A stretch of DNA of 64,000 nucleotides from Candidatus Latescibacterota bacterium (lineage in GTDB: Bacteria > Latescibacterota > UBA2968 > UBA8231): the NCBI GenBank assembly GCA_965217585.1, contig OZ244561.1, forward strand, positions 1 through 64,000, read 5' to 3'. Below are positions 50,394 through 60,062 of this stretch, piece after piece (the first letter of the stretch is position 1; each line of letters starts with the position of its first letter). A program made the translations under genes and the position numbers. The notes below the pieces were generated by a model. That model was not told the DNA's origin. It saw only the letters and a list, made by a program, of their open reading frames with translations, and ran no database searches.

Positions 50394-51974
50394 CTATGTG
50401 ATCAGCGTCTTCAGCGCTTGGTAAAATATCCGATGGCGTAGCTTGCTGAGTGCCCGCTCCTTGAGCTGGCGAATGCGCTCGCGCGTTAGATTCATCATGT
50501 CGCCAATTTCCTCAAGCGTCAGGGCCTTGTTGCCATTGAGGCCAAAATAGAGCCTGATAATGCGCGATTCGCGTTCTTCTAGGAGCCCTAGAACTGCCTC
50601 TAACTGTATTAGCGCCGATTCGCGCAAGATGTCGGCGTCAGGGGGAGCCATCGCCTCATCGACCAAGATGTCGCGCAAGCTGATTTCGTCGTCGAAGAAG
50701 GGTTCGTCAAGCGAACATACGGTGCGGGCGCTAAGGGTCGTCTCTATGATCTCTTTGGCCGGAACATCAAGTTCGGCGGAGATTTCTTCCATATCTGGCT
50801 CACTAGCCCGGTCCTGATTCAGTTTGCGCGAGGCTTTGGAAATATCCCTGAGCAAGCTGATTTTGTTGAGGGGGAGTCGCACGATGCGTACATGCTCGTC
50901 AAGCGTTTAGAGAATGGACTGGCGAATCCACCAAACCGCATAGGTAATGAATTTGTGCCCCTTTGTCCCATCGAAGCGATCAGCCGCCGTAATCAGTCCG
51001 ATATTGCCGGCGCTAATCAAGTCAGAGAGGGACAGACCACGATTTTGGTATTTCTTGGCCTCGTTAATGACAAAGCGCAAATTCGCCTGGATCATTTCGT
51101 CGCGGGCGCACATGTCGCCATTTTTGATGCGGTCGGCCAGTTCTGCTTCGCGCTCCCTCGGAAGAGGTGTGGACTCGGCGATATCGTAGAAGTAAAGTCG
51201 TAGAGTTTGCTCCTCCCCTTCCGGGAATTTCTCCTCAAACACCGCCCGTTCAAACCAGTCGAACGTATATCGGTAGAACTCCTGGTTGCGCTCTACGGTG
51301 TCCAGCTTGGCAAGCCAAGCGGCCAGCAAACCTTCGCAGTTGTGCGGCTTGGCATTGGAACTCATCCACTTGGCGCACTCCGATAGCGACAGCTCGGACA
51401 GAACGTCGAGATCGGCACGGCGCGGATTCTCTAGAGGAATATCCTTGCTCAACGACGTAACACGCTTCAGCACGTCACGACTATCATCGAGCTTGTTCGG
51501 ACGGCGACTGATAACAGCGACGGCCAAGCGTGCTCCAGCGCGGAAGAAGACCACGGTTGGCACGATTATCCGCTTATCGATCTCCCGTGTAAATTCGTCA
51601 TATATCCCTTGAGGGTAGTTGTCCTCCTTCAGTTCCACGGCGAGGAAGATAAGGCTCTGCTGCCGTCCTTCCTCAAAGGAAGCAGCCTCAAGCCCAAGTG
51701 TCTGCTGATTGGCTGAGGCGATTTCATCATTCGTTATTTGAAAGACGATCCGCACAGATTGGACGTGCTGGCGAAATGCCTGCTCAGTCTTGGTATTTGG
51801 TTTTTGTGCAGGGAATTCGTGGATAAAACCATCCACGGTGTCTGGAAGTTCTTCTGTGCGGTCACTCTGATAGCCGAGGACTTCCAGTAGGTCTTTAGTC
51901 ACAGCCAGAAAATCGCTGTAGGGCATGGCCGCTAAAGCGGCTTGAATGTCTTCTCGGATGTCGGCCATGCTCAT
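50394..51974 (-). pseudogene. Fusion of a methyltransferase N-terminal domain paralog to an RpoD/RpoS-like sigma-70, split by an in-frame TAA at 50907-50909
   Basis: First ~250 aa align with the N-terminus of 46666..50250; then [49 protein letters not shown]...LTRERIRQ; ORFs 50907..51995 and 50394..50882 share a frame. Confidence 0.85.
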
Positions 51975-53993
51975 GCCTCTGCGATAATCAGCCAAGTTAT
52001 TAGCTCAAAATCAGCATTACTCGGTTTTGAGGATTTAGCCGGCAGTCTGAAGTCGCGCTGGCCGTGAATACTCAGTTGCCGTATTTGCGTGGCTCTGTCC
52101 GCCCCGCCGATGTGGTCAATCACGGTGTTCAACAGTTTGTCGTAACGGGCCATGTCCTGGCCGTTTTGGGTCTCGCTGTCAAACTGGTCGCATAGCCTTT
52201 TCAGCGGTTCGGTCTTACCGAGGGACGCCGATTCAAACAGCTCCAGCACCTGCCGGGCATTGGCACAACCGTAGCGGATATCGCCGTTGTCGCGGATATA
52301 TACCGCACAGTACGGATGAATCGGGCTGGCCCTTTTTTCTCTTTTGTCAGTACTGGCGTTGCGCTGGCGCAGGAAAAATATCACGCCCGGCTGTGCGGTG
52401 TCGCCTTTCCCGTCGGTTACTGCGTAGGCCCCATAGGGCATTGCTTCCAGTTCCGCCTTGTTTTCCTCCAAATACCGCAACAATTGGGTAAAAAAGTAAT
52501 CGAGCGTAAAGTCGCTCATAACGACGCCATCGGACAGCTCGTCCAAGTCCAGCACCTCTTCGCGCATTTTCTTTAGTTGCTCGTCGCGGAAGTTCAGCTC
52601 CATCTGGATCTGCTCAGGCGGGTCTTCATTCAACGGATCGTCGCCTCCGCTGGCCGTGGCGTCCGCCAAGGCCATGCGTGCTTGTACGCGGCTTTGCAGG
52701 CGCAGATATACCTCCATGTCCTTGGTGGGCCAATAGTTAATCATCCGCACCGACTGGTTGCGGCTGCCGATGCGGTCTATGCGCCCGAAGCGCTGGATAA
52801 TACGCACCGGATTCCAGTGGATGTCGTAGTTGAGCACGGTATCGCAATCTTGAAGATTCTGCCCCTCTGAGATGCAATCGGTAGCAATCAGCAGGTCGAT
52901 TTCGTTAGTGCTATTGGTTTGCCCGTGTGCTCTCGGCGCGAAGTTGGTCAGAATGGCGTTGAAGTTGTTGGCACCGGAAGTGGTGCGCGTTACATCCCCA
53001 GAGACCATTGCCATGTTCAACCCCAATTCGTTCGCCAAGTCAGCCAAGTTCTCGTACAGGTACTCCACGGTGTCTTTGAAGGTGGAGAACACCAGCAGCT
53101 TGCGGTTGATCTGGCCGTCCTTGTTGGTCGTCGGGTGTTGTGCTTTGTCTCGAATGTGCGCCTTGATCTCTCGCAGCTTACCGTCCCGCTCCGGCGTGAT
53201 AATACTGACCCGTTCATAGACTGCTTCCAAGGTCTTCTTATCCTTCAGCAAGTCCTTTTTCCAACGGGGCAAATCCAACTCGCGCAGATGGTAAGGGGTG
53301 CGTGCCCGATTGATCTGAAATTCCTCGTCGTCGTCATCGTCATCCGGGAGGATGTCCGCTCGCTCGTCCAACAGCAGGTTCTGCTCATAGCGGTCTATTT
53401 TTTCTAGTAGGTCTTTAATTTTGCCGATAGTGCGCCCGAGCGTTTCCGTCAGGGAATGGGCCGAACTTTCTAGGCGTTTCAGGAAGTTGACCCGTATCAT
53501 ACCGATGAGGAAATGCTCGCGGTCTGCCTGATTAAACCGTAGTTGCTTTTTTTCCTCCGCCAACCGTTTCTTGGCCTCAGCGCTAGTAACGTAGCTTGAT
53601 GGCCGGTAGATGGATAGGGCGAACCGCTCGATTTGCTCGGATAAACTTTTATATGAAAGTTCGTCCTCTAAATCTGTCAGCGGGTAGCGATTTTTCGGCT
53701 GGTGCCGCGTGGGGAATTGGCCGATTCTGTCCATCTCCTCGGCGTAGAACTGCTTGATCTGACGCCGCGAGCGAGCAATGGAAACGCCGCCCAGCAGCTT
53801 AAAAAAATCAGCGCCCAACGTCTCCAACAACTTTGACTTGTCTTTTTTGCCGCTCTTGTCGGCTTTGGTCTCCCATGCCTTAAACTCCTTTTGCGCCTGC
53901 CTCAGCAGAGCGCCGATATGGCCGATGCCCAGATTTTCCCGGAACACGTCCTCGCGCTTTTCGGTCATCAGGTAAATCTGATTGCGTAAGTCA

Positions 53994-55293
53994 CTTGAAT
54001 TCGACAGGTAGGTTGATATTTAGGCTCGAACAGGCATCGGAGTCTCCCTATTTTGGGATAGCTTGATTCACCGCCATGGATCATCTACCCCAGGGAAACT
54101 CCGATGCTGAACCTGACTCGCTTGCCTGTGAACCTTCGTTATTTTTTGCGTGGGACTCAACATTTTTTTCGTCATCGCCATCATCTGGTGTTCTGTTGGA
54201 GTATGACGCTGTTGTTAATCTATCAAGATAAAGCGACGCTGTGTGGTTTAGCCCGCTTGGGGCCTAACCATATAGCGGAATGGCACTTACGTCGCTTGCT
54301 GAGTGCGACCTACTGGAGTTGGCGGTTGCTGTTGGGGTACTTGGTTGATGCGGTGATCGCCGGGCTGCCACCGGCGGAAGACGGTCGGGTGTTGGTGATC
54401 GTCGACGGGACCTACAAAGCCAAGGTGGCCAAGAAACATCCGTTGGTGCGCAAAGCCCGCGCCGATGGCTATAGTCCCTTTCTGTGGGGGTTTGAAGTGA
54501 TCCTGGTCATGCTGCAGTGGGGCAATTATCGAATCCCTATCGATTTCGAGTTGGTTCGGCGTAAAGAAGACCCGGCCTATCAGAAGCCCAATGTGTTGTT
54601 TCGTCAGATGCTGACCGCCTTGGTACCACCGGCTTGGGCCCAGCAAGTGATCGTGGTCGCCGATGCCGGGTTTCCCGCTAAAGAAACGCTGCACTTGATC
54701 CAGCAACGAGGCTTCTTTTTCGTCATGAGTCTGCCCCGCACCTGGAAGTTTGAAGACGGCCATACGCTCAAAGATTGGGTCCATCATACGCGCCATACCT
54801 GTTATCGAAAAATCTGGTTTCGTCCGCACGGCTCCCGTCGGCGGGTCTATTGGGTCTACCGCGGTCGTAAACGCCTGCGACACATCGGAGATGTCACGTT
54901 GGTCTTGAGCAAGAAACGGCGCAACGATTCGCCGAAACAAACCAAAATCCTGGTGACCAATCTACCGGACGTGACCGCAGGCCAACTCGTCGTGTTGTAT
55001 ACCCGCCGCTGGCACGTGGAACTGCTCATCAAAGAATTGAAAGGGGCCACCGGATTAGGACAAGCCCAGGTGACCAAGCAGACCCAACGAGTCGAACGCT
55101 CCGTCGCGTTGTCCGTTATGGCCTACTTGGTTTTGATCCATTTTCGGCAGCGGGATATTCCCCACCAAGGACCGTGGAGTGCGTTTACCCTCAAGCGAAA
55201 TTTTGCTTGGGAGTGTGCGCGAAAACAGATTGAACATAACCAAAAACGAACCTACACAAAGGCCGCCTAAGACAACTACCTGTCGAATTCAAC
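53994..55293 (+). mobile_element. Insertion sequence (IS4/IS701-like DDE), 1300 bp
   Basis: 17-bp TIR TTGAATTCGACAGGTAG at 53995-54011 with its inverse at 55276-55292; 7-bp TSD TAAGTCA at 53987-53993 and 55294-55300. Confidence 0.93.
54104..55270 (+). CDS. DDE transposase
   Basis: IVDGT, VADAGF and YTRRWHVELLIKELK (YREK-like) motifs. Confidence 0.92.
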   Translation: MLNLTRLPVNLRYFLRGTQHFFRHRHHLVFCWSMTLLLIYQDKATLCGLARLGPNHIAEWHLRRLLSATYWSWRLLLGYLVDAVIAGLPPAEDGRVLVIVDGTYKAKVAKKHPLVRKARADGYSPFLWGFEVILVMLQWGNYRIPIDFELVRRKEDPAYQKPNVLFRQMLTALVPPAWAQQVIVVADAGFPAKETLHLIQQRGFFFVMSLPRTWKFEDGHTLKDWVHHTRHTCYRKIWFRPHGSRRRVYWVYRGRKRLRHIGDVTLVLSKKRRNDSPKQTKILVTNLPDVTAGQLVVLYTRRWHVELLIKELKGATGLGQAQVTKQTQRVERSVALSVMAYLVLIHFRQRDIPHQGPWSAFTLKRNFAWECARKQIEHNQKRTYTKAA

Positions 55294-56602
55294 TAAGTCA
55301 ATAAGCGAGGTGTTGACCGGCGTCGCCGAAAGCATCAGCACCTTGGTTTGGGTACCGGCTTTGATGACTTCTTCCAACAACCGCGAGTAGCGGCTGTGGC
55401 GAATCCTGCCGTCGTCGTCGGAGCGAGGCTTGGAGTCATTGCGGAAATTGTGCGATTCGTCGATGACCACCATGTCAAAATTGCGCCAGTTGAAGTTTGC
55501 CAGATCAATATCGCCGGCCCTGCCCGTGTCGCGGGACAAGTCAGTGTGCGATAGCAGCGCGTAGCCGAAGCGATCGTCTAAGAAGGGATTGCCAGTTTGG
55601 GCATTATCGGCTGGATACAGTGCCCAATTTTCGCGCAGCTTTTTGGGGCACAACACCAGCACCCGCTCGTTGCGCAATTCAAAGAACTTGATCACTGCCA
55701 ACGCTGTGTAGGTCTTTCCCAAGCCGACGCTGTCGGCCAAGATACAGCCGTTGTGCCCCAACAGGCGGGCGATCGCGCTTTTGGCACCGTCTTTTTGGAA
55801 GTCGTACAGCGCATTCCAGATTGCGGTATCGTATAGGTGCGTATCTTTTAGGTGGCTTTCGCCGGCTTTCCTCGCTTCGATGTCCTCCTGGAACAACTCG
55901 TAGAGCGTTTTATAATAGATCAACTCCGGCGCGTATTCTCTGCCTATCCGCGCCAGCGCGTCCAGCACGTCTTTTTTGACATCCTTGGTCAACGTCTTGT
56001 CCGCCCACAGATCGTCAAACCATTGTTGCAGTTCGGTACAAGTAGCTGCGTTTTGGGTTGCCAAGTTGATTTCCACGTTGGCACTCGTCCCGCTGCCTAA
56101 GCCGCCGCGAGTGAAGTTAGAGCTGCCGACCACCGCTGTGCCGCCATTGGCTGATTCGGTGAGATACATCTTGCCGTGCAGAAAGTTGGATTGGCCAATA
56201 GAGCGAATTTTGACGCCTTTGTCGTCTACCCATTCAGCGCATTGATTGGCGAGGTATTTCTGTCGCAAGGTGTATTGAGGAGATAGCCCGTCTTCGGTCA
56301 GGTTGAAGGCTTTTTGCGCTTTCTCGCCGGGGTCCAACTCGCCAACCGATGCCGGATCGCCAAAGAGGAAGCGCACGTCCTCAACGCCGCGCAATTCGCT
56401 TTGCAGGGCCTCGTACCCGTAAATAGTGAAATACGCCGAAACGAGGCGAAATACCTCGGCGGAGGACAGGTGCTGCCGCAGATAATCGACGACCTTGCGG
56501 GCGCGGTTGTCCAAAATGTGCTCATATTGGGTCACTTTTGATAGCTTCCGTTAAGGCGTTCATCATTAGTTGCCTATTCCCCCGTATCACCGTTCGGGCA
56601 GA

Positions 56603-57625
56603 TCACGGATCCCCGAGATTGATTCTCTGTATGATCTTCTTTGCCAAATCCCTAAAATCCCGGTGTGCGTCTTTTGCCGCGGCGGCATGGCTGCCAATGG
56701 CACCATCGGCCGTGGTGAGGTGGAAAATAGGCTTGCGTGCTTCCTGAGCCATCGGCACCAAGCTCCGGTAGTGCTTGACGGTGGCAAGGGCGTGTTCCTC
56801 ATCCTGTGTCGGTGTCTCGGGGTACGGTCCTTCGTTATCATCGCACAGGTTGCGGGCGTATTCTTCCGGCATTCTATTGACCCATTTGTCATACGCCCTG
56901 ACGGGGCGGTTCAGACGGACGCCGTGCTGTTGCACTACATAGCCGACGGGTTGCATGGCCCCATCCGGCAGTGGAAAGTCCGGTTGCGCCCAGTGGTCCC
57001 TTCGCCGCTGCCAGTCTTGTCGCCACCGATTCAGCGTCGGGCCGAGATTGCGCAGACCTTGGAGCGAAAACAAGTCGGCACCCAGCGGAACGACGATGTA
57101 ATCAGTGGCAATCAGCGCGGAGCGATTAATCGCACCAAGATTGGGGCCAACGTCGGCCAAGATGATTGAGGCGTCCATCTGTGCGGCCCCAGACTGCATG
57201 ACGGTCGAGAAGGCAGTTAAAATGCGGAAGGGGCGGTACAGCTCGCTAGAACCCAATGCGTTAGGCCATTCTGATGACAGAGTATCTTCAAATCCGGCCA
57301 GCGCCAAGTCTCCCGGAATCAGGCACAGTCTAGATATAAGCGTAGATGTGATTTCGACGAGCGTCGGGTCTTTGATATCGCCAACTTTCGTCAGAGGTCG
57401 GACGCATTGCAGTATGGTCTTAGCGGATGCCTCGTTGTCTTCATCCCACAGCATTTCCAACTGATCTTCATTTAGAAATGCAGCGGTGAGATTCGCCTGT
57501 GGATCGAGATCGCAGGCCAGCACTCGATAACCACTGTCGGACAGCATCCACGCCAGATGATAGACAAGCGAGGTCTTGCCAATCCCCCCCTTGTTGTTGA
57601 AGAAAGTCAAGACGGGAACGGTCAT
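56603..57625 (-). CDS. Orphan ParA/Soj-family ATPase
   Basis: NNKGGIGKTS, DLDPQANLT, DVGPNLG. Confidence 0.88.
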   Translation of the reverse strand: MTVPVLTFFNNKGGIGKTSLVYHLAWMLSDSGYRVLACDLDPQANLTAAFLNEDQLEMLWDEDNEASAKTILQCVRPLTKVGDIKDPTLVEITSTLISRLCLIPGDLALAGFEDTLSSEWPNALGSSELYRPFRILTAFSTVMQSGAAQMDASIILADVGPNLGAINRSALIATDYIVVPLGADLFSLQGLRNLGPTLNRWRQDWQRRRDHWAQPDFPLPDGAMQPVGYVVQQHGVRLNRPVRAYDKWVNRMPEEYARNLCDDNEGPYPETPTQDEEHALATVKHYRSLVPMAQEARKPIFHLTTADGAIGSHAAAAKDAHRDFRDLAKKIIQRINLGDP

Positions 57626-57627
57626 CG

Positions 57628-58857
57628 TTATGCTCCCCTTGCCTTTACTGTTACCCGCGCAAAATTATTGGAAATATCAAATTCAGGTTCTGGATGTCCC
57701 GCCTCCGCCAACTGATTCTTGGCTATTGGTATTCCTACGCCAAAACGCTGAACAAATCCGAGAGTTCTCATCGCGTCCGCAAGATTTGGATTGCGATAAT
57801 CGACTAACCCCGGCTCTCCAAAGCTCTCGATTGTCACCGCCCCAAATGCGCCGCCGGGGCTCAAAACCTCAATGCGGTCATTGAACCAATAGACATGAAC
57901 GGGCGCATTGGTTGCCTCGTAAGTCCTGTGCATCACTGCGTTGTGGGTGATCTGGTGCAATGCTTCTAGGGGGTACAGCTCTGTTCGTTGTTCAATGTAG
58001 CTTGTTGTAATATCCACAGCGATGCGATTGTGGGCCGTCAGTTTTTCTTTGAGCTGGCGCAGGAGTTCCGGGATGGCACCGCGTATCTCTTGGGCATCGA
58101 TTATCTCATCAGCGTATCCATTGCCATCGATTCTGAGGAATTGCACATAAGCACCTGGCAGAAAATCCTGCGGGTTTTTGCCGATCGTGAGTATGCCCAG
58201 CACGGTCGCGGTGGGCTGGTCGGCGGCGACGATCATTTTTGTCGCTGCCAGTTGCTCATTCAGGCTGCGGTCGTTTGCTGCTAGTACCTCATCCGAAAAT
58301 GCTGCGGTTAAGTATTCGTTCTCAAACTGGGTCAGATTGAGGTCGGACAAGCCGGCGGTCGGGATCGGTTGAAGGTCAAAAGGGCGATTTCCGTATCGCC
58401 GCTTTTCGTTGAGAGTCCTTTCGTCCTGAGATGTAGCGATGCCACGGCGAGGGCCAATGCGGACATGGATAGCACCCTTGAAGCGAACCGGCGGCGAGTT
58501 GGAGGGTTGCACTGTGATCACTGCAACTTCCTTGCCTTGCAGCCTACGCTTCTCCACCGTCAGCGAGGGTGGAGGTACGATATTGCCGTCGGTTTTCATA
58601 TCGGCCAACTGCTGGAGCAACTGATCTGTAACCGCTAGAGTGCCTATCGTTCCATCGTCCTTTACACCAACGAAGATGAGGCCGGGTTTTTCGTGCTCGG
58701 CCAAATCATTGGCAAAAGCACAGATAGCTTCCCGGATTATAGTGGCGGCGACACCAGCCAAAGACTCCTTGAACTCGACGCGGTCAGCTTCGCCGCTTGC
58801 GATGATTTGCAGCAACTCTTGTTCTGTAAAATCTGGCATTGCGATTGCCCCGCTCAT
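57628..58857 (-). CDS. AlbA_2 (Schlafen-like) + HATPase_c_4 domain protein
   Basis: EADRVEFKES, ICAFAN, GVKDDG; NAVMHRTY, SPGG, YRNPNLA, VQRFGVGI. Confidence 0.85.
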   Translation of the reverse strand: MSGAIAMPDFTEQELLQIIASGEADRVEFKESLAGVAATIIREAICAFANDLAEHEKPGLIFVGVKDDGTIGTLAVTDQLLQQLADMKTDGNIVPPPSLTVEKRRLQGKEVAVITVQPSNSPPVRFKGAIHVRIGPRRGIATSQDERTLNEKRRYGNRPFDLQPIPTAGLSDLNLTQFENEYLTAAFSDEVLAANDRSLNEQLAATKMIVAADQPTATVLGILTIGKNPQDFLPGAYVQFLRIDGNGYADEIIDAQEIRGAIPELLRQLKEKLTAHNRIAVDITTSYIEQRTELYPLEALHQITHNAVMHRTYEATNAPVHVYWFNDRIEVLSPGGAFGAVTIESFGEPGLVDYRNPNLADAMRTLGFVQRFGVGIPIAKNQLAEAGHPEPEFDISNNFARVTVKARGA

Positions 58858-58869
58858 GTTGACCTAGTA

Positions 58870-59061
58870 TCAGCCTGTGCGTTCAAGCACAACGGGCCAA
58901 GTTACCAACTCAAAATCGCCGTTGTTTGGGTTGGCGGATTGCACAGGCAGCCTGAAATCTCGCTGACCGTAAATGCTCAGTTGCTGGATCCGCGTGGCTC
59001 TGTCCGCCCCGCCGATGTGGGCCATGCCCGCATTCAACAGGATGTGTTCGTATTCTGCCCT
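58870..59061 (-). pseudogene. Internally deleted remnant of a PLD-helicase gene copy
   Basis: AEYEHIL (cf. helicase start TQYEHIL) joined to LN..AHIGGADRATRIQQLSIYGQRDFRLP...DFELVTW (cf. helicase C-terminus). Confidence 0.75.
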
Positions 59062-59144
59062 GTTGGATAGGGAAAGAGGTGAGCAGACTTTCAATTACTT
59101 AGTGATTGTCTAGTTCCCATGCAACTCGCAGCCGGGATTCTTCG

Positions 59145-60032
59145 TCAAAAGCGCAGCAATTCCCCCTCGCCAAAGACGAGTAGATCGGCCAAGATCGCGG
59201 CAAAGTAGATCAGGCTGACCGTACTGTTGACCGTCATAAAGGCCGTGCTCAGGCGAGACAAGTCGTCGGCCCGCACCAGCCGGTGCTCGTACACCAACAA
59301 GCCAGCTACCACTACGACCCCCAACCAGTATAAAAGACTCAAGCCAGCCGCACGGCCCACGAGGATCAGTAGCACCACAAACAATAGGTGTAAGGCGCGG
59401 GCAATGTACAGGGCGCGGGCAATGCCAAAGCGGACCGGGATGGAATGGAGTCCGGCCCGGACGTCAAAGGCGTGGTCCTGGCAGGCGTAGATGATGTCAA
59501 AGCCGGCGACCCAAACCAGCACCCCCAAGCAGAGCGGCAGCGGGATGAGGTCAAAGCCGCCGGTGACCGCAATCCAAGCGCCCAGCGGCGCCCCGCCCAA
59601 ACTCAACCCTAGAACTAAGTGAGAGGCCCAAGTGAAGCGCTTGGTCAGCGAGTAGAACAAGAGCACGGCCAAAACCAGCGGCGACAGATAAAAGCACAAA
59701 GAATTGAGCTGATGTGCCGCCAAGACCAAAACCAAGGCCGACAAAACCACGAACAACCCCACGGCTTGAGGCGAGACCACACCTCGCGGTAGTTCGCGGT
59801 TTTGAGTGCGGGGATTGGTCGCGTCGAGATGGCGGTCAACGAGGCGATTGAAACCCATCGCCGCGCTGCGCGCCCCCACCATCGCCAGCGCGATCCAGCC
59901 GATCTGAGCCGGGGTGATGCCAGCGTGCATCGCGGCCAGCAAAGCACCGCTAAAGGCAAAAGGCAGGGCAAAGACGCTGTGGGAGAATTTGATCATGCGG
60001 CCGTACACCGCAATGGCCTGCAAGGGAGCCAT
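59145..60032 (-). CDS. mqnP: UbiA-like prenyltransferase of the futalosine pathway
   Basis: IKFSHSVFALPF, ARSAAMGFNRLVD, NPRT, GFDIIYACQD; operonic with mqn genes. Confidence 0.85.
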   Translation of the reverse strand: MAPLQAIAVYGRMIKFSHSVFALPFAFSGALLAAMHAGITPAQIGWIALAMVGARSAAMGFNRLVDRHLDATNPRTQNRELPRGVVSPQAVGLFVVLSALVLVLAAHQLNSLCFYLSPLVLAVLLFYSLTKRFTWASHLVLGLSLGGAPLGAWIAVTGGFDLIPLPLCLGVLVWVAGFDIIYACQDHAFDVRAGLHSIPVRFGIARALYIARALHLLFVVLLILVGRAAGLSLLYWLGVVVVAGLLVYEHRLVRADDLSRLSTAFMTVNSTVSLIYFAAILADLLVFGEGELLRF

Positions 60033-60062
60033 CTCGACCTTCCTTGACAAGGGCGGCCTGGG

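Larger units (their letters stand above)
51971..56535 (-). pseudogene. PLD nuclease-SNF2-type helicase interrupted by an IS
   Basis: PLD HGKMY...GSSN; LADSVGLGKT, DESH, LSATP, ISEGQNLQ, QRFGRIDRIG; removing the IS plus one TSD restores ...SLIDLRNQIYLMTEK... (3258 bp). Confidence 0.9.

Noticed and set aside
46666-56535. Calling the island DISARM or BREX
   Set aside because: No DrmA/DrmB, PglZ or BrxC homologs are visible
56603-57625. Plasmid or prophage partition system
   Set aside because: No parB, replication, integrase or phage structural genes
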